NCBI GenBank assembly: GCA_016930875.1
Contig: JAFGFW010000021.1
Coordinates: 16,416-80,415 of the forward strand
Length of the DNA stretch: 64,000 nucleotides
Direction of reading: 5' to 3'
From: Deltaproteobacteria bacterium
GTDB taxonomy: Bacteria; Desulfobacterota; Desulfobacteria; Desulfobacterales; C00003060
Shown: positions 1 to 8,738 of the stretch, one piece after another
Layout: each line of letters opens with the position of its first letter
Position numbering within the stretch: position 1 is the stretch's first letter
Notes under the pieces: model-generated
Database searches by the model: none
What the model saw: only the letters and a program-made list of their open reading frames with translations
What the model was told of the DNA's origin: nothing
Position numbers and translations under genes: made by a program

Positions 1-1
1 G

Positions 2-1567
2 GCAGTCACTCAAGGCAAGCGGCTGAACAGGGATACAGATGCAGGTGTAACCATTTCGATTTGGGATATTACACATGCCACAAAAGGGCTCGCCCTATCG
101 GCAGGTCCGTATGTGATGCAAGAAAGAGAGGTCCATGGGATTCCCATATACACTTATTTATTTCCTGAAGATAGGCACCTTGCCGGACAGTACCTTGAAG
201 CAACGGCCAGGTACCTGCGCCTCTACAGTAATCTTTTCGGACCTTATCCTTTTGAGAAATTCGCTGTGGTGGAAAACTTTTTTCCCACAGGATACGGATT
301 TCCTTCTTACACTCTTCTGGGAAAAACGGTGATCCGACTTCCGTTTATCCTTGATACGAGTCTTGGGCACGAGGTGGCTCACTCCTGGTGGGGTAACGGT
401 GTTCTGGTGGACTATGACCGCGGAAACTGGTGTGAAGGCCTCACCGTCTATGTAGCTGACTATTCATACAAGGAAAGGTCTTCTGCTGAAGAAGGGCGGG
501 CCTACCGGCTGAAAGTGTTGAGGGATTATGCCACGCTGGTCCCTTCCGGAGAGGATTTCCCATTACAAGCGTTCACCGGTCGCATTAGTCCTTTGACGCG
601 GGCTGTGGGCTATGGCAAGGGCGCCATGGTGTTTCACATGGCCCGACGTCTCGTAGATGATATGGCTTTCTGGGCAGGCCTGCGGGATGTCTTTCGAGAA
701 AAATGTTTTCGCGTGGCCTCATGGGATGACTTTGCTGAGGCTCTGGGACATGCTGGTGGCCGCAACCTCAAGCCCTTTTTTTGCCAGTGGGTGACTCGGC
801 CCGGAGCGCCAAAGCTGGCCCTGGAAGATGTGGAATTAAAGAAAGACAACCAGGGCTGGGAGGTCAGCGGCCGCCTGACCCAGAAGTCGCCTTACTACGA
901 TCTGGAAGTCCCCTTGAGGCTTGAGACTGATGGGGCGAGCATTGAGGCCAAAATCTCGTCAACGGGACGGGAAGCCTTCTTTGCCCTCAGTTCCAACGCT
1001 ACCCCTCGAAGGCTTGTGGCGGATCCTGATGTGGACCTGTTTCGATACCTTGATCCGTCTGAGATTCCGCCTTCGGTCAACGGCATTAAGGGTTCGAAAT
1101 CCCTGGTTGTCGTGGTTGCCCGAAGCCTTGCACCGGTAACCCGGGATGCTTCCAGGCTACTTCTGAAGGCCCTTGGCCAAGAGAAATCCCCCATGTTTCT
1201 TGAGGATGAAATATATCCTTCGCGCCTTGAAGGACACGATGTCCTTTATCTGGGAGTCCCGGAAGAGAAGGCCTATCTGTCGACTTTGCGCAAGGGACTG
1301 GCCCTGTGGCCGGATCGTTTCACCGTAGAAGGGGTGCGCTACCATGGGGAGGGGGATGTCCTTTTTGTTGTCCTTCCGAATCCACAGGATCGCCAACGGG
1401 TGATGGGCCTCTTTTTGCCCCTTTCTGCCAATGCCGTTCCCAAGGTGGCCCGAAAGATCCCCCATTACGGGAAATACAGCTATCTGGTTTTTCGCAAGGG
1501 CGTCAACCAGGCCAAAGGAACCTGGCCTGTGTCGGCGTCACCACTGATTCATGTGTTTTCACCTTGA
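2..1567 (+). CDS. M1-family zinc metallopeptidase (aminopeptidase N-like), 5' end off-window
   Basis: Frame is open from base 2, with no stop before the listed Met at 113. Gluzincin motif GHEVAHSWWGN at ~365-397. Confidence 0.8.
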   Translation, partial: AVTQGKRLNRDTDAGVTISIWDITHATKGLALSAGPYVMQEREVHGIPIYTYLFPEDRHLAGQYLEATARYLRLYSNLFGPYPFEKFAVVENFFPTGYGFPSYTLLGKTVIRLPFILDTSLGHEVAHSWWGNGVLVDYDRGNWCEGLTVYVADYSYKERSSAEEGRAYRLKVLRDYATLVPSGEDFPLQAFTGRISPLTRAVGYGKGAMVFHMARRLVDDMAFWAGLRDVFREKCFRVASWDDFAEALGHAGGRNLKPFFCQWVTRPGAPKLALEDVELKKDNQGWEVSGRLTQKSPYYDLEVPLRLETDGASIEAKISSTGREAFFALSSNATPRRLVADPDVDLFRYLDPSEIPPSVNGIKGSKSLVVVVARSLAPVTRDASRLLLKALGQEKSPMFLEDEIYPSRLEGHDVLYLGVPEEKAYLSTLRKGLALWPDRFTVEGVRYHGEGDVLFVVLPNPQDRQRVMGLFLPLSANAVPKVARKIPHYGKYSYLVFRKGVNQAKGTWPVSASPLIHVFSP

Positions 1568-1776
1568 AGCGCCCCGCCAATAGGGCGGATAATCGAAGGC
1601 TGATTTCGGTGCCTTACGGTGGAGAACCAGTGGAAATGGCAAAGGAGATCTTGTCACTTTCCCCAAAGGCATGTCATGTACCTGGAAAGTGCGGGGAGAG
1701 GTAAGAAAACACTATCAGTTTGAGTGAGAAACGGTAACCGTACTGCCTGGGTTTTTTGAGAAGTCGTGGGCAGTGG

Positions 1777-1824
1777 AATCCCCACGAATCCCCTATGTTG
1801 CAAGGGGATTTCGGGGGATTTTTT
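1777..1824. terminator. Long hairpin between convergent genes (bidirectional terminator / repeat-element copy)
   Basis: aatccccacgaatcccct (1777-1794) pairs near-perfectly with aggggatttcgggggatt (1803-1820), followed by tttt. Confidence 0.5.
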
Positions 1825-1874
1825 ACAAGGAGCTCTCAATCGAAGAGCATTGCATCCTGGAGCCGGGATTGGAC

Positions 1875-3131
1875 TTAATGGTCACACACATTTTCGCCCG
1901 TAACCAGGGTATTGCTAAAGTATTGCTGAACCAGCTCCTCAGGGGTCAGGTTGGGGGCGCCTGGCAGTACTTTTATTCCATTTTCTCCAAAAAGACTTAA
2001 GGCCCTTTGGCCCATACCTCCTGCAATAATAACGCTTACGCCCAGTTCGTGAAGCCAGATGGGGAGCACGCCCGGCTCGTGAGCTGGGGGCGTAAGGAGT
2101 TCTTTGTTTTTTATTTCCTTGTTTTCAACGTGGACAATGGCAAACTCTGCGGCATGGCCGAAATGGGCTGTCAGTTTACCTTCAGCTATCGGAACCGCAA
2201 TCTTCATGTCAGTTGTCTCCCTTATATCCTTTATGTCCTTTTTCTCTTCTGATTTTCTCGGAGTCAGTTTAGTGACAGAGGCTTTTTTCTGGCTGCTTTC
2301 AGCGATCTTTGCGACAATTTCGTTGTAGGCCTTTGTCATCTCTGAATCAGGATATTTTTCCAGGTAGGACTCCCCTGCGTCAGCACACTGTACCATTTTC
2401 GTGTCAAAGGGTATCCGACCCAGGAAGGGGACATTCATGGCCATGGCAGTTCTAAAACCACCACCAGTGCCGAAGATATCGATGGCTTTGCCGCAGTGGG
2501 GACACACAGAACCGCTCATATTTTCTATTAGTCCAAAGACCGGCATCTTAACTGTTTTGCAAAAATTGATCGATTTTCTCACGTCGGCCAAGGATATCTC
2601 CTGAGGCGTTGTCACAATGATGGCCTTGCAACCAGGGATAGTCTGGGCAATGGACAGCGGTTCATCCCCTGTACCGGGGGGTGAATCGATAATGAGATAA
2701 TCAAGTCTTTCCCAATGGACATCAGAAAGGAACTGCCGGATGACATGCATCTTTAAGGGGCCCCGCCAAATAACGGCTTCGTCTTGATCCTGAGTCAAGG
2801 ATTCAATGGAAATCACTTTCAGGTTTTCCGAATAAGGCTTGGGCACCATTCGATTATCTCCGCTGATCTCAAGAAGTCCCTTGAGACCGAGCATCCTGGG
2901 GATATCAGGACCGTGGAGGTCTACATCCATCAAGCCGACCTTGGCCCCCTGTTTTGAAAGGGCCACAGCCAAATTGGCCGAAACGCTTGTCTTACCCACA
3001 CCCCCCTTGCCGCTCATAACCAGGAACTTATTTTTGATAATACTCAGGGTTCCGTGGATTAGCTGATCTTGTTGAGCCGTGTCTGCAGCCTGTTTGGAAC
3101 CAGAAGAACTACTCTTTTTGGACTCACTCAT
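1875..3131 (-). CDS. Mrp/NBP35-type Fe-S cluster carrier ATPase fused to a C-terminal NifX/NifB-like (dinitrogenase FeMo-cofactor biosynthesis) domain
   Basis: Deviant Walker A GKGGVGKTSVSANLA and a CPHCG motif. The C-terminal ~110 aa (KIAVPIAEGKLTAHFGHAAEFAIV...IIAGGMGQRA) matches the NifX-like fold pattern. RBS ggagga lies upstream. Confidence 0.85.
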   Translation of the reverse strand: MSESKKSSSSGSKQAADTAQQDQLIHGTLSIIKNKFLVMSGKGGVGKTSVSANLAVALSKQGAKVGLMDVDLHGPDIPRMLGLKGLLEISGDNRMVPKPYSENLKVISIESLTQDQDEAVIWRGPLKMHVIRQFLSDVHWERLDYLIIDSPPGTGDEPLSIAQTIPGCKAIIVTTPQEISLADVRKSINFCKTVKMPVFGLIENMSGSVCPHCGKAIDIFGTGGGFRTAMAMNVPFLGRIPFDTKMVQCADAGESYLEKYPDSEMTKAYNEIVAKIAESSQKKASVTKLTPRKSEEKKDIKDIRETTDMKIAVPIAEGKLTAHFGHAAEFAIVHVENKEIKNKELLTPPAHEPGVLPIWLHELGVSVIIAGGMGQRALSLFGENGIKVLPGAPNLTPEELVQQYFSNTLVTGENVCDH

Positions 3132-3156
3132 AAACTTTCCTCCTGTAGTGTGTTTT

Positions 3157-3235
3157 CGGTTAGCCTGTTAGCCCGTTAATGTTATGAAAACGTTGGGAGT
3201 CCGGTAAACCGGAAAACGGGCTAACGGGCTAACCG
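3157..3235. repeat. 21-nt inverted repeat in the leader of the mrp-like gene
   Basis: cggttagcctgttagcccgtt (3157-3177) versus aacgggctaacgggctaaccg (3215-3235), one mismatch. The loop carries a ccggtaaaccgg mini-hairpin. Confidence 0.7.
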
Positions 3236-3344
3236 AATATTTCCCTCCTGTATCAGCGATGTATAAAAAAACTCCGTCGTTCGCTGCAATATAAGTATTC
3301 CTGGGCTTGATTGCAACCCCGGAAATTCTTGATGCTGTCACTTC

Positions 3345-3445
3345 ATGTCATTGCGAGTCCGCCGCGGGCGGACGAAGCAATCTTGGGGGGCCTGGAATGG
3401 ATGGCTTTGTCGTCCCGCCCCAGGCAGGACTCCTCGCAATAACCT
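3345..3445. repeat. Dispersed palindromic repeat element (cattgcgag...ctcgcaat type)
   Basis: tcattgcgagtccgccgcgggcggac...ggactcctcgcaataa. The gtccgcc-N3-ggcggac hairpin recurs at 17648 and 17911. The listed ORF 3345-3563 is a pseudo-ORF of the repeat. Confidence 0.55.
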
Positions 3446-3495
3446 CTACTTGAAGTTTCATTGCGTCGTCGAATTTGTGAAAATGCATACCTGGC

Positions 3496-3858
3496 CTAAA
3501 CCCAGTGACCTTCCACATTGGGTCCCTCTACGGTTTCCAATTGACCGCTTTTGTACTGGGTAATGGCATCCATCACGCGTCCCTTGGCGCCTGTCACCAC
3601 CTTGATGCCTGCGGCATTCAAAACATCAAAGGCCTTGGGGCCGCAGTTGCCGGAAATCAGCACATCGGCGTTCTGATCTACGACGGTTTTTGCCGCCTGG
3701 ATACCTGCGCCCTGGGGAAGATTCAGGTTTTGTTTGTTCTCCACAGCCTCATACGCGAGTGTTTCCGGATCGACGATCAGGAAGTACTGGGCCCTTCCAA
3801 AGCGGGGATCCAGGTCTGAAATCAATTCATTTCCAGTAGACGTAACAGCTATCCTCAT
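3496..3858 (-). CDS. NifX/NifB-like (dinitrogenase iron-molybdenum cofactor biosynthesis domain) protein
   Basis: MRIAVTSTGNELISDLDPRFGRAQYFLIVD...ISGNCGPKAF. Start moved to the Met at 3858, which has a ggagg RBS 8 nt upstream. Confidence 0.8.
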   Translation of the reverse strand: MRIAVTSTGNELISDLDPRFGRAQYFLIVDPETLAYEAVENKQNLNLPQGAGIQAAKTVVDQNADVLISGNCGPKAFDVLNAAGIKVVTGAKGRVMDAITQYKSGQLETVEGPNVEGHWV

Positions 3859-3877
3859 TGGTGATGATACCTCCTTG

Positions 3878-4126
3878 TTATTTTTCGCAGCATCGCTTGG
3901 GATTCTCACAGGGCGAAGACTGCCCGCAGCACAAACTTCCATCTCCGGCCCCGCGGCCGGCGCCCGAATACTCGGCCCCCTTCATGACATAGGCAACAGA
4001 AGAACTCATTACCTTTTCGGCCGGTTTTCCGCACTCCGGACAGGTATTGGATGACCCTTCTTGAAGGGACTGCAATCTTTCAAAGCTATGGCCACAGCCC
4101 GTGCATCGATATTCATAGATTGGCAA
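3878..4126 (-). CDS. FmdB-family zinc-ribbon protein
   Basis: MPIYEYRCTGCGHSFE...CPECG signature (CxxC...CxxC). Confidence 0.8.
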   Translation of the reverse strand: MPIYEYRCTGCGHSFERLQSLQEGSSNTCPECGKPAEKVMSSSVAYVMKGAEYSGAGRGAGDGSLCCGQSSPCENPKRCCEK

Positions 4127-4147
4127 GTGACATTCCTCCCTTCTCTA

Positions 4148-4438
4148 TTAATGCTCAGCTTGTTTCAATACCTCCATCAACTCATCGGCCCGATTGTATC
4201 CGGCAACCTTCACATCAACCGCCTTAACGCCCTCTGTCTGTTCAACAGCAGTCTTTATGTCATATGCCAGCTTAAAGGCCAAGGGACAAACCGGAGAAGA
4301 CGGCCGAAATGTCAAGTAGACCTTGCCGGCAGGGTCTACCGAAATGTCTCTGACCAGTTTCATACGCATGATGTCGAGATTGGTGCCAGGGTCAATCACG
4401 CCCCTTAAGGCCTCTTCTATCTTCTCTATGATCGTCAT
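4148..4438 (-). CDS. DUF59/MIP18-family (SufT-like) Fe-S assembly protein
   Basis: VIDPGTNLDIMRMKLVRDI...TFRPSSPVCPLAFKL...GVKAVDVKV pattern. Overlaps the upstream radical SAM gene stop by 4 nt. Confidence 0.75.
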   Translation of the reverse strand: MTIIEKIEEALRGVIDPGTNLDIMRMKLVRDISVDPAGKVYLTFRPSSPVCPLAFKLAYDIKTAVEQTEGVKAVDVKVAGYNRADELMEVLKQAEH

Positions 4439-5370
4439 TGAGGATTTCCAGGTTGATAGTAGATTGCAGAGCCCTTTTTTGCGACCCTGAGTTTTTCATT
4501 TTTTACCAAGGGCTCGATGTACTTCAGGATTTCATTCTTGTGCACATTTAGTCCGGAAGAGATGTCGTCGAGCGTGCAGGGCCGCCTTGCTAGCAAGCTC
4601 AACAGGTCTTTCTCAATGTTGGTTTTCCCCGTGTGCTTTTCAGAATCCCTGAACGGGGCGATGACTTCAGCCTGATCCCCTAATATCTCGCAAAACCTGC
4701 CCAGCTTTTCTGCAGAGACCTGCCGTGCGTAGGTTTCTGCAGACGGGCGGACCGCCGTGTTGACTTGGATTTTTTGGGGATGAATTTTGTCAATCCAATG
4801 TTTGAATTGTAGGGCATCGGTCTCGGTTGCATTGATGCCGTCCAGGATAAAGACCTCAAGCCAGATAGCCCCCGCATATTCATTGCGAAAGGTCATCAGC
4901 CCGTTGACCATGGCGTCGAACTGTATGTCAGGGTGGGGCCGGTTAATGGCTTCAAACCCTTCTTGATTATGGGCGTCCAGGGAAGGCAGCACCACATCAG
5001 CCTCTATGATCGATTCACGGACCCGGCTGTCTGCCAGAAGGGAGCCGTTGGTCAATACAGCCACGGGAATCTGTGTGTGTTTCTTGATATCGCGAATCAA
5101 CAACCCGATGTCACTATTCAGCGTCGGTTCCCCTGAACCTGCCACGGTGATGTAGTCTGCACGCACACCCGCTTTCAGCTTTTGACATGCCTGGTCCAGG
5201 ATTTTGTCAACCGGCAGGTACGGCTTTCTTGCTATGATCTTTTTTGGGGTTCGTCCGAGTTGGCAATAGATGCAATCGTACGAACAGACCTTATAAGGGA
5301 CCAGATCAACGCCCAAGGACAAGCCTAATCTGCGTGAAGGGACTGGGCCGTAAACAAATTTTTCTGTCAT
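4435..5370 (-). CDS. Radical SAM protein
   Basis: CSYDCIYCQ (CxxxCxxC) near the N-terminus and a GSGEPTL glycine motif. The C-terminus looks like a winged helix. Confidence 0.85.
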   Translation of the reverse strand: MTEKFVYGPVPSRRLGLSLGVDLVPYKVCSYDCIYCQLGRTPKKIIARKPYLPVDKILDQACQKLKAGVRADYITVAGSGEPTLNSDIGLLIRDIKKHTQIPVAVLTNGSLLADSRVRESIIEADVVLPSLDAHNQEGFEAINRPHPDIQFDAMVNGLMTFRNEYAGAIWLEVFILDGINATETDALQFKHWIDKIHPQKIQVNTAVRPSAETYARQVSAEKLGRFCEILGDQAEVIAPFRDSEKHTGKTNIEKDLLSLLARRPCTLDDISSGLNVHKNEILKYIEPLVKNEKLRVAKKGSAIYYQPGNPQ

Positions 5371-5473
5371 TTATAATAAGCGTTCATAGGTTCAGGGTTA
5401 CCATTTGTGATAACTCACCCGTTGTTTTGACGGGATAAAAACCAAAAAGACCAGAAAGCCTTCCTCATGCCCT

Positions 5474-6349
5474 CTATCCTGATGTCCCGTCAAACAAAAA
5501 GTCCTCAACCCGGCGCCACAGTTCCTTGACGGCATCAGATACCTTGCCGTCTGAAAATTCGACAACGCTTTTGCCGGCAACCATGGCATGGGTGACGGCC
5601 GTATCATAGGGGATACGACCAACCAACTCGATCTGATTGTCGTTACAATAAGTTGCAATCCGGTCCGACATCTCCTCGTTCAGGTCGAATTTGTTGACAC
5701 AGGCGAGGGTCGGAATCTTGAAATGGGCAGCCAGGCCTGCAACCCGTTCAAGGTCGTGCAGACCCGACAAGGTCGGCTCGGTTACAATCAGGACCACGTT
5801 CGTGCCGGTGATGGAGGCGATCACCGGGCAGCCTATGCCCGGAGGACCGTCCAAAATAATGGTGTCAAGACCTTGCTCTTCAGCCAGTACCTTGGCCTGG
5901 TTTCTAACCAGGCTCACCAGCAGGCCGGAGTTCTCCTCTGCGATACCCAGTTTGGCATGGACCATGGGACCGAGCCGCGTTTCCGAAATATACCACTTGC
6001 CGCATATCACCTGTGGAAAGTCGATGGCCTCAACCGGACAGAAATAAACGCACACGCCACAGCCTTCACAGTCTATCTTGTTGACAACGAAGTCCTGGCT
6101 GATGGCATTGAACTGACACCGATCCAGACATTCCCCGCATTCGATGCAGGTCTCCGGATCTATTTTAGCGACTCGTCCTCCCCTGAAGTCTTCCTCATGC
6201 TTTATGTCCGGGGCGAGAATGAGGTGGAGGTCCGCCGCATCCACATCACCGTCGGCCAGAACCTTATTCTCGGCAAGGGCCGCAAAAGAGGCCACCACGC
6301 TTGTCTTTCCGGTGCCTCCCTTGCCGCTTATGATCGTAAGTTCTTTCAT
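5474..6349 (-). CDS. MinD/ParA-type P-loop ATPase with inserted 2x[4Fe-4S] ferredoxin domain
   Basis: SGKGGTGKTS Walker A, plus CIECGECLDRC and CEGCGVCVYFCP cluster motifs. Confidence 0.85.
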   Translation of the reverse strand: MKELTIISGKGGTGKTSVVASFAALAENKVLADGDVDAADLHLILAPDIKHEEDFRGGRVAKIDPETCIECGECLDRCQFNAISQDFVVNKIDCEGCGVCVYFCPVEAIDFPQVICGKWYISETRLGPMVHAKLGIAEENSGLLVSLVRNQAKVLAEEQGLDTIILDGPPGIGCPVIASITGTNVVLIVTEPTLSGLHDLERVAGLAAHFKIPTLACVNKFDLNEEMSDRIATYCNDNQIELVGRIPYDTAVTHAMVAGKSVVEFSDGKVSDAVKELWRRVEDFLFDGTSG

Positions 6350-7182
6350 CCAATCAATCCCGCTATTTTTTCGTAGACGGCTCGAAACCGATCCTTCATC
6401 TCAGGCATTATCTCTACCATCATGATTCCACGGGAATAGGCCTCGGCAACCTTTCTGTCATCTGGAATTTCCATCAAGATCGGTATGTTTTCTTTTCCGG
6501 CATACTTGTTAACACCATCATCTCCCACATCGCAGCGGTTTATGATGATGCCAACGGGAATTTCCAAAATACGCACTGCCTCAACAGCAAGCTTTAGGTC
6601 GTTTAAGCCAAAAGGCGTAGGCTCGGTCACCATAATCGCAAAGTCCGAATGCTTCAGGGTAACAATGACCGGACACGACGTGCCGGGCGGGGCATCGATG
6701 ATGGAGATCTTTTCAGGAGCGATGTGTTTTTTTACTCGCTCAATGAGGGGCGGGGACATGGCCTCACCAACCCGCAAACGGCCATGAACGAATTCAACAT
6801 GGCCGGACCTCCCGCTTTCCAGTACCCCGAGTTCGCGGCCCTTTTCGCTTATGGCTTCCGTTGGGCAGACCATCATGCACCCTCTGCAACTGTGGCAGAG
6901 TTCGGGGAAGGTCAGGACCTTTTTCCCAATGACAGTGATGGCGCTGAACTGACAGATCTCGCCGCACTTGCCGCAAAAATCGCACTTGTCAAGATCTACT
7001 TCCGGGACAGGTGTTGTCACCGTCTCAGTGTGGTTTATCTCAGGTTTCATGAAAAGGTGGGCATTCGGTTCTTCCACATCGCAATCCAAGAGCTGCACAT
7101 CTCCGTTCAGTGACACAGCCAGGTTGGTAGCGATAGTGGTCTTGCCCGTGCCGCCTTTTCCGCTGGCAATGCAAATAATCAT
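6346..7182 (-). CDS. MinD/ParA-type P-loop ATPase with inserted 2x[4Fe-4S] ferredoxin domain (paralog)
   Basis: SGKGGTGKTT, CDFCGKCGEIC and CHSCRGCMMVCP. Start set at MIICIASGKGG (7182). 4-nt overlap with the downstream paralog. Confidence 0.85.
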   Translation of the reverse strand: MIICIASGKGGTGKTTIATNLAVSLNGDVQLLDCDVEEPNAHLFMKPEINHTETVTTPVPEVDLDKCDFCGKCGEICQFSAITVIGKKVLTFPELCHSCRGCMMVCPTEAISEKGRELGVLESGRSGHVEFVHGRLRVGEAMSPPLIERVKKHIAPEKISIIDAPPGTSCPVIVTLKHSDFAIMVTEPTPFGLNDLKLAVEAVRILEIPVGIIINRCDVGDDGVNKYAGKENIPILMEIPDDRKVAEAYSRGIMMVEIMPEMKDRFRAVYEKIAGLIG

Positions 7183-7187
7183 ATAAC

Positions 7188-7409
7188 CTATTCCCGCGTC
7201 ATTGCCGTGCCGCACTTGGGGCACTTTTGTTCAAAGCAAGGACTTCCAAGCTGATGGGGAGATTTTTCGCCACAGCTGGGGCAAACGCAGTTTCCCCCGG
7301 GGCCTGCTGCAAAGCCGCCGCCTTTTCCGCGACCCCCAGCGCCTTGACCCATTCCTCTGCCTGTTCCGGGGCCCTGACCTCTTGGGCCTGTTCTGTCTCC
7401 TCTTGGCAT
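7188..7409 (-). CDS. DUF5320-family small Gly/Arg-rich zinc-ribbon protein
   Basis: MPRGDRTGPRGQGPGTGRGMG...CVCPSCGEK...CPKCG. Start at 7409 has a gaaggag RBS. The longer listed ORF runs through a repeat element. Confidence 0.7.
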   Translation of the reverse strand: MPRGDRTGPRGQGPGTGRGMGQGAGGRGKGGGFAAGPGGNCVCPSCGEKSPHQLGSPCFEQKCPKCGTAMTRE

Positions 7410-7444
7410 GTCTTCTCCTTCAACTAAATTGCTCAGCGATCTTA

Positions 7445-7576
7445 TTCGCCTTCGCCGGAATACCCTGCAGCGCACCGTTGCCCAAGCTATGGCGCGTCGG
7501 CGACTTGCTGCAGGGATGAAAGGCAAGGCGAACTACGGCGAAGTTACGCTTTGATACCCCGCAGCTTGCTGCGGGG
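7445..7576. repeat. Palindromic repeat element(s) in the intergenic spacer
   Basis: ccctgcagc...gctgcaggg (7463/7507) and the perfect palindrome ccccgcagcttgctgcgggg (7557-7576). Confidence 0.5.
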
Positions 7577-7580
7577 AGCT

Positions 7581-8267
7581 TCATTTCCGAGTTTCCAGTT
7601 CTTTGATCCGCCGCTGGATTTCTTCCATCTGTCCACGTAGAACCTCGGCATCTTCCTTGAGATATGAAAGCTCTTCTTTCCTCGTGGACTTTGATCCAGA
7701 TGCCATGGGGGATGAGGCCTGTAGACCACGTCCCATGCCCATGCCACGACCGCCTCCCATGCCACGACCGCCTCCCATGCCGCGACCGCCTCCCATGCCG
7801 CGACCGCCTCCCATGCCGCGACCCATGCCCATGCCGCCACCTGCACCAAAGCCGATTCCAGGGACTTGCTGAGGCGAGGGGCTCGGTGGTTGGTTGACAT
7901 AGGCCTGCATGCCGGCATGGTTCTCGGCGTTGGGCTTATCTGTTGGTTGCAATTGCCTGCTCTTGTATTGCCCGGCGGCCTCGCGGACTGTTCCGGAAAC
8001 GCCGGTTATCACATCAAGGCCCGCTTCTGAAAGGACCTCGTAGGCATTAGGCCCGACATTACCAGTAAGGATTGCCTTTGCTCCCTTATCAGCTACGACC
8101 TTGGCCGATTGTATTCCCACGCCACCCCCTTGCGTCAGGTTTGCATTTGGCACTGCCTCGAAACTCATGTCATCGGGATCCAGAATCATAAAATACTGAC
8201 ATCTGCCGAATCTGGGGTCGACCACTGAGTCAAGGTCGGGCCCTGTTGATGAAATGGCTATTTTCAT
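7581..8267 (-). CDS. NifX/NifB-like domain protein with Gly-Met-Arg repeat linker and DUF5320-like coiled-coil C-terminus
   Basis: The N-terminus MKIAISSTGPDLDSVVDPRFGRCQYFMILD parallels the 3496-3858 product. The middle is (GMGGGR)n. The C-terminus is KEELSYLKEDAEVLRGQMEEIQRRIKELE. Confidence 0.8.
   Translation of the reverse strand: MKIAISSTGPDLDSVVDPRFGRCQYFMILDPDDMSFEAVPNANLTQGGGVGIQSAKVVADKGAKAILTGNVGPNAYEVLSEAGLDVITGVSGTVREAAGQYKSRQLQPTDKPNAENHAGMQAYVNQPPSPSPQQVPGIGFGAGGGMGMGRGMGGGRGMGGGRGMGGGRGMGGGRGMGMGRGLQASSPMASGSKSTRKEELSYLKEDAEVLRGQMEEIQRRIKELETRK
7729..7840. repeat. In-frame 18-bp tandem repeat (about 5 units) encoding GMGGGR units
   Basis: ccacgaccgcctcccatg x2 then ccgcgaccgcctcccatg x2 plus degenerate flanking units, read directly from 7744-7833. 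Confidence 0.85.
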
Positions 8268-8292
8268 AGTTGGTCTTCTCCCTCAAACGCTT

Positions 8293-8712
8293 CTATTCGA
8301 TCTCTTCGACATTTTTGCCGGCATTTGGCCCAGGGCTGGTGACAAAGATGTCTGTAATCTTTAGCACAAGGGCCGATTTTGCTGTCAAATCAGGCTTTTC
8401 AGCTTTAACCATCTCAACAGCCATGTCGTGAATCTTGCCTGATGTTTCAATCCTTGGCGTTCCTTTGAATTGGTAGCCTTTGCGGGGTTTGACATCCCAA
8501 TCCCATACGGAGATGGCCATAATGGGGTTTTGCTGAATATTTTCGAAGGTTTTCTTCATAAAAATGTCAGCCAACATGATCTCATCATCAGAAAGGATCT
8601 TAACAAAGTGTATCGGAACCACGTTTGGGATCCCATCCTTGGTGCAAGTTGCTACGGCATAACCCCTGGTTTTTTCCATGACATCTTTCATTTCCTGCGT
8701 TAGTTTTGCCAT
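8293..8712 (-). CDS. Pyridoxamine 5'-phosphate oxidase-family (FMN-binding split barrel) protein
   Basis: YAVATCTKDGIPNVVPIHFVKILSDDEIMLADIFM pattern typical of PPOX-like proteins of anaerobes. RBS ggagg. Confidence 0.65.
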   Translation of the reverse strand: MAKLTQEMKDVMEKTRGYAVATCTKDGIPNVVPIHFVKILSDDEIMLADIFMKKTFENIQQNPIMAISVWDWDVKPRKGYQFKGTPRIETSGKIHDMAVEMVKAEKPDLTAKSALVLKITDIFVTSPGPNAGKNVEEIE

Positions 8713-8738
8713 TTTGCGCCTCCTTTTTTGGTTTCTTT

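Noticed and set aside
3345-3563. ORFs 3345-3563, 17544-17750, 17267-17539 (N-terminal part) and 33278-33460.
   Set aside because: Their sequences are translations of palindromic repeat elements (stereotyped pseudo-peptides). They have no RBS and overlap hairpins.
5588-6376. Long antisense ORFs: 5588-6376(+), 18490-19332(-), 22238-22813(-), 29538-30236(-), 36818-37504(+), 50456-51085(-), 62500-63183(-) and many shorter ones.
   Set aside because: Each lies fully opposite a gene with strong family motifs. They lack RBSs and recognisable motifs and have Arg/Gly/Pro-rich shadow-frame composition.
7729-7840. Possible CRISPR array (regular short repeats). Also considered for 15188-15263.
   Set aside because: The units are contiguous with no spacers, are 18 bp (or only two 38-bp copies) and are in-frame coding. 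No repeat-spacer array was found anywhere in the window, including the 65 nt after cas2.
7544-7918. ORFs 7544-7918(-) and 7603-7872(+) with striking AAWEAV or PPPMPR repeats.
   Set aside because: They are alternative-frame or opposite-strand readings of the 18-bp tandem repeat inside the NifX-DUF5320 gene, not independent genes.
1875-8267. Nitrogen-fixation (nif) locus, because of three NifX/NifB-like domains.
   Set aside because: No nifH/D/K/E/N or full NifB is present. These small domains occur widely outside diazotrophy.
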